DNA of 13,364 nucleotides from an uncultured bacterium (GTDB lineage Bacteria; Lernaellota; Lernaellaia; Lernaellales; Lernaellaceae): NCBI GenBank assembly GCA_964534375.1, contig CAZHPN010000167.1, positions 1 to 13,364 of the forward strand, read 5' to 3'. Shown piece by piece: positions 9,897 to 13,364 of this stretch (position 1 is its first letter; each line of letters starts with the position of its first letter). The notes under the pieces were generated by a model. It saw only the letters and a program-made list of their open reading frames with translations, ran no database searches and was not told where the DNA came from. The position numbers and the translations under genes were made by a program.

Positions 9897-10820
9897 ATGC
9901 CGAGCAAACGCAGCACCAACGCCTTCCAGCCCGGCCCGGGATTTCGCTCCGGCTACGTCATGCTGCTGGGCCGGCCGAACGTCGGCAAATCGACGATTCT
10001 CAACGCGATCATGGGCGCGGAACTGGCGATCGTGACGCCCAAGCCGCAGACGACCCGTTCGCGCATCGCCGGCATCCGCACCACCGCCGAAAGCCAGATC
10101 ATCTTTCTCGACGCGCCCGGCGTGGTGGAATCCGAACGCGGCCTCAACAATTTCCTCAAGCGCGAGGTGCAGGCCGCGCTCAACGACGCCAACGCGGTGA
10201 TTTTCGTCATCGAGGCCGCGCCGCGCCTGACGAATTCGGAGCAGGAGATCATCGAGCGTCTGAATCGACTGAATCGCCCGGTCGTGTTGGCGATCAACAA
10301 AATCGACCTTGTCGACAAGCGCACGCTGTTGCCGCAGATGGAACATCTGCAAACGCTGTTTCCCTTCCGGGCGATCGTGCCGATCAGCGCGCGCGGCGGC
10401 GACGGCGTCGACCGGCTCGTCGCGGAGGCGGCGGCGACGCTGCCCGAGGGTCCGCTGTATTTTCCGCCGGATCAGATCACCGAGGCCACCGAGCGCTTTC
10501 TCGTCGCCGAAATGGTGCGCGAGCAGGTGTTTCTGCTGACCAAGCAGGAAATCCCGTACAGTTCGGCGGTGCTGATCGAGCAATTCAAAGACGAAGGCGG
10601 TCTGGTGCGCATCGCGGCCGAGATATTCGTCGAACGCGATTCGCAGAAGGGCATCCTGATCGGCAAAGAAGGCGCCATGCTCAAAGCGATCGGCACGGCC
10701 GCGCGGATCAAAATGGAAGCGTTCCTCGCGAAGAAGGTTTTCCTCGAACTCTTCGTCAAAGTGAAGAAAGACTGGACGCGCTCGGAGAGCCTGTTGCGCG
10801 AGATGGGTTACAATCCATGA
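9897..10820 (+). CDS. era: GTPase Era
   Basis: GRPNVGKST, KPQTTR, DAPG, NKID, ISA and KH domain (EIPYS, SQKGILIGKEG). Follows rnc directly. Confidence 0.97.
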   Translation: MPSKRSTNAFQPGPGFRSGYVMLLGRPNVGKSTILNAIMGAELAIVTPKPQTTRSRIAGIRTTAESQIIFLDAPGVVESERGLNNFLKREVQAALNDANAVIFVIEAAPRLTNSEQEIIERLNRLNRPVVLAINKIDLVDKRTLLPQMEHLQTLFPFRAIVPISARGGDGVDRLVAEAAATLPEGPLYFPPDQITEATERFLVAEMVREQVFLLTKQEIPYSSAVLIEQFKDEGGLVRIAAEIFVERDSQKGILIGKEGAMLKAIGTAARIKMEAFLAKKVFLELFVKVKKDWTRSESLLREMGYNP

Positions 10821-12169
10821 GTCTGCCGCTGGTGGCCATCGTCGGCCGGCCGAACGTCGGCAAATCGACGTTGTTCAACCGTTTCGCGGGGCGCGACCGC
10901 GCGCTGGTGCAGGAAATCCCCGGCGTGACGCGCGACCTCAATTACGCCGAGGTGAAGTTTCGCGACAAGCGCTTCCATCTGGTCGACACCGGCGGCCTGT
11001 CGACGGTGCACACGGACGAGTTGACCACCGAGGTCAATCTGCAGGTGGACGTCGCCATCGAAGCCGCCGACGCGATCATCCTGCTGCTCGACGGCCGCGA
11101 GGGGCCGACCGCGGAAGACGAGGACATCGTCGCGCGGCTGCGCCGCATCCGCAAACCGGTGTTCTGGGCGGTGAACAAGCTCGAATCGCGCAAGCCCGAA
11201 ACGGCGCTGATCGATTTCTATCGCCTGGGCGTCGACAAACTCTATGCGATCAGCGCCCGCGAAAAGACCGGCGTCGGCGAGTTGTTCGCGGACATCGTGC
11301 GCGAATTTCCGGCCGACACGCGCGCCCCGTTCGACCCCGATGACGAAACGCGCCCGATGCACGTCGCCTTCGTCGGCGCGCCGAACGTCGGCAAGTCGTC
11401 GCTGATCAACCGCATCCTCGGCGAGAAGCGGCTGATCGTCAGCGAAATCCCCGGCACGACGCGCGACGCGATCGACGTGCCGTTCCGCCTCGACGATCGG
11501 CCGTATGTGCTGATCGACACCGCGGGCATCCGCCGCCGGAGCAAGGTCTCGTACGTGCTGGAGAAGCTGTCGGTCATCAAGGCGCTGCAGGCGCTCGACC
11601 GCACCGACATCGCGGTCATCATGCACGACGCGACCGAGCCGCTGACCGACCAGACGCTGCGCATTTTCTCCTACGCCGAGGACCGCGGGCGCGGCGTGAT
11701 CTTCGCGTTCAACAAGGTCGACCTGGTGAAGGGCGATCGCGATTGGCGGAAGAAAATCGAGCACGACCTCGACCGCCGTTTGCAGGGCCTGGTCTGGGCG
11801 CCGGTGATTTTTCTGTCCGCCGCGACCGGCGAGGGCGTGCACGACCTGTTCGCCGCGATCGGCGCCGTCCGCGAAAACCAGATGCGCCGCCTGCAAACCG
11901 GGCCGCTCAATCGCTTCCTCGAGGCCGCCGTCGCGCACCACGGCCCACCGCCGTCGAAAAACAAACCGGTGAAATTCTATTACGCGACGCAGACCTCGGT
12001 GCGCCCGCCGACGTTCGTGATCTTCACCAATCAGCCGTCCGGCGTCCACTTCGCCTACCGCCGTTATCTCGTCAATCGCCTGCGCGACTTCGCGCCGTTC
12101 GAGGGCTCGCCGATCCGGTTGCACTTCAAGGTGAGCCCGAAAGGCGAACGGGAAATCGGGAGTCGGTAG
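10817..12169 (+). CDS. der: Ribosome biogenesis double GTPase Der (EngA)
   Basis: Two G domains (GRPNVGKST/GVTRD/DTGG/NKLE and GAPNVGKSS/GTTRD/DTAG/NKVD) plus a KH-like tail (PPTFVIF, YRRYLVNRLR, GSPIRL). ATGA overlap with era. Confidence 0.97.
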   Translation: MSLPLVAIVGRPNVGKSTLFNRFAGRDRALVQEIPGVTRDLNYAEVKFRDKRFHLVDTGGLSTVHTDELTTEVNLQVDVAIEAADAIILLLDGREGPTAEDEDIVARLRRIRKPVFWAVNKLESRKPETALIDFYRLGVDKLYAISAREKTGVGELFADIVREFPADTRAPFDPDDETRPMHVAFVGAPNVGKSSLINRILGEKRLIVSEIPGTTRDAIDVPFRLDDRPYVLIDTAGIRRRSKVSYVLEKLSVIKALQALDRTDIAVIMHDATEPLTDQTLRIFSYAEDRGRGVIFAFNKVDLVKGDRDWRKKIEHDLDRRLQGLVWAPVIFLSAATGEGVHDLFAAIGAVRENQMRRLQTGPLNRFLEAAVAHHGPPPSKNKPVKFYYATQTSVRPPTFVIFTNQPSGVHFAYRRYLVNRLRDFAPFEGSPIRLHFKVSPKGEREIGSR

Positions 12170-12171
12170 GA

Positions 12172-12199
12172 AGGAAAAAGGAAAAAGGAAAAAGGAAGA
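12172..12199 (+). repeat. Heptamer tandem repeat (AGGAAAA)x3 + AGGAAGA
   Basis: Read directly. It lies within an uninterrupted purine run, 12168-12201, that begins in the der stop codon. Confidence 0.85.
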
Positions 12200-12470
12200 A
12201 GTCCGGGCGGTCTGCGGGGCGACATCCCTATCCCCAAATCGTCGATGTGATTTGCCTCGGCCGTCGATCGGCCAACCGGGAGCGCGGCCCGCGCCATCGG
12301 TTGACGCGACAACTCGGGTGCAGGATGACCCGTCGGGCGCCGTTGCGTCGACTGCCCTCGCTCAATGTTGACGGCGCGGGCGGGCGGCGCAACAATGAAC
12401 TCACCAACAAGTTCTCCTGAACGGTCGACGGGTTTTGCGACTGTCGCAGGAGTTCGCGTGGAGACGCCCG

Positions 12471-13169
12471 ATGATCGTGCGAATTGCGTTCATTTCTCTG
12501 TTGCTCGCGGCGTTGGCGGCGGGCGCGGCCGGCCCCGAGATGGTTCGCCTTCCGGGCGGGATGTTCACGATGGGCTGTTCGCCGGGCGACGCCGATTGCG
12601 GCAAGGACGAGAAACCGCCGCATCGGGTGGCCGTTGGCGCGTTCTGGATGGACGTCACGCCGGTGACGGTCGCGCAGTACCAAGCCGTGATGGGCGACAA
12701 TCCGCTTCATATTCCGGGGTGCCCCAATTGTCCGGTGGACACCGTGTCGTGGACCGACGCGCAGGCCTATTGCGCCAAGGTGGGCAAACGGCTGCCGACG
12801 GAGGCCGAGTGGGAGTACGCGGCGCGCGGCGGGACGACGGGCCCGCGTTACGGCGAACTCGACGCCATCGCGTGGGTGTCGCGCAACGCCGGCGACAAGA
12901 CCCACGCGGTCGCGCAGAAACAGCCGAATGCGTACGGGCTCTACGACATGGTCGGCAACGTGTGCGAGTGGTGCGCCGACTGGTACGACGCCACATACTA
13001 TGCGGCGTCGCGGGCGGACAACCCGCCAGGCCCGCTTTCCGGGGCCCACCGCGTGCTGCGGGGCGCCTCGTGGATCGATTATCCGCCGGGCGCGCGCGCT
13101 TCGCGCCGGGCGGGGGCCGTGCCTGATTTTCGCGGCCGCGACAACGGTTTCCGCTGCGCACGCGACTGA
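12471..13169 (+). CDS. Exported single-domain FGE-sulfatase (SUMF1/CLec-fold) protein, paralog of 310..1674
   Basis: Signal peptide MIVRIAFISLLLAALAAGA, then RLPTEAEWEYAARGG, PNAYGLYDMVGNVCEW, RVLRGASW and GFRCARD. GGAGA RBS before ATG 12471. Confidence 0.92.
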   Translation: MIVRIAFISLLLAALAAGAAGPEMVRLPGGMFTMGCSPGDADCGKDEKPPHRVAVGAFWMDVTPVTVAQYQAVMGDNPLHIPGCPNCPVDTVSWTDAQAYCAKVGKRLPTEAEWEYAARGGTTGPRYGELDAIAWVSRNAGDKTHAVAQKQPNAYGLYDMVGNVCEWCADWYDATYYAASRADNPPGPLSGAHRVLRGASWIDYPPGARASRRAGAVPDFRGRDNGFRCARD

Positions 13170-13270
13170 ACAGCGGGTTGCCCAGGCCGTGACGAAGGGC
13201 GGAACGGCCATTTCCTCGGCGATGCGCAATGCCGCACGCCGGCCGCGGCGCCGGGCCTGCGTCAAAAAAA

Positions 13271-13364
13271 TGGGTTTAGCTGCCGCCAGGCACGACCCCT
13301 CCGCGTTGGGGCCTAGGCTTTAGGATAAAGAGCGGCGACGCTTGGAAAAAAGCGGATTTGCCTA
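13271..13364 (-). ncRNA. Possible 3' half of a 6S-like structured RNA, truncated by the window edge
   Basis: Minus strand ends GGGGTCGTGCCTGGCGGCAGCTAAACCCA-TTTTTTT, which resembles the GGG...GCCTG..GCGGCA 3' closing strand of 6S RNAs. Internal pairings TAGGC/GCCTA and CGCTT/AAGCG. The 5' part is not visible. Confidence 0.35.

Noticed and set aside
9969..10870. Identical 27-nt sequence GGCCGGCCGAACGTCGGCAAATCGACG in era (9969-9995) and der (10844-10870)
   Set aside because: Both encode the shared P-loop GRPNVGKST with preferred codons, so no mobile or repeat element is needed to explain it.
12380..12420. AAC/AAT-rich patch considered as a DGR template repeat
   Set aside because: It does not align with the 117-nt variable segments (no TGG...CGCGCTTC...GGTTTCCG framework). 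No RT gene is in the window.

Overview
GC-rich bacterial chromosomal window. The rnc-era-der order suggests a deltaproteobacteria-like lineage, but this is inference. The housekeeping backbone is ligA-acyP (minus), a ferredoxin-nitroreductase fusion, an unknown lipoprotein and rnc-era-der. Three non-core elements stand out. (1) A self-contained two-gene unit at about 5533-8555 has its own sigma70-like promoter, a structured leader of about 160 nt and a terminator. It encodes an atypical PNP_UDP_1 (MTA/SAH-nucleosidase-fold) protein and a kumamolisin-type S53 protease with no signal peptide. This is the best candidate for an undescribed system, possibly a protease-controlled nucleosidase effector. 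(2) Two exported, non-catalytic FGE-sulfatase (C-type-lectin-fold) genes carry three paralogous domains. Their scaffolds are conserved, but their equal-length 117-nt C-terminal segments are hypervariable in the pattern seen in diversity-generating-retroelement (DGR) targets. No reverse transcriptase (RT) or template repeat (TR) is visible in the window. (3) A truncated structured RNA candidate resembling 6S RNA lies at the right edge. All calls come from manual motif recognition; no searches were run.
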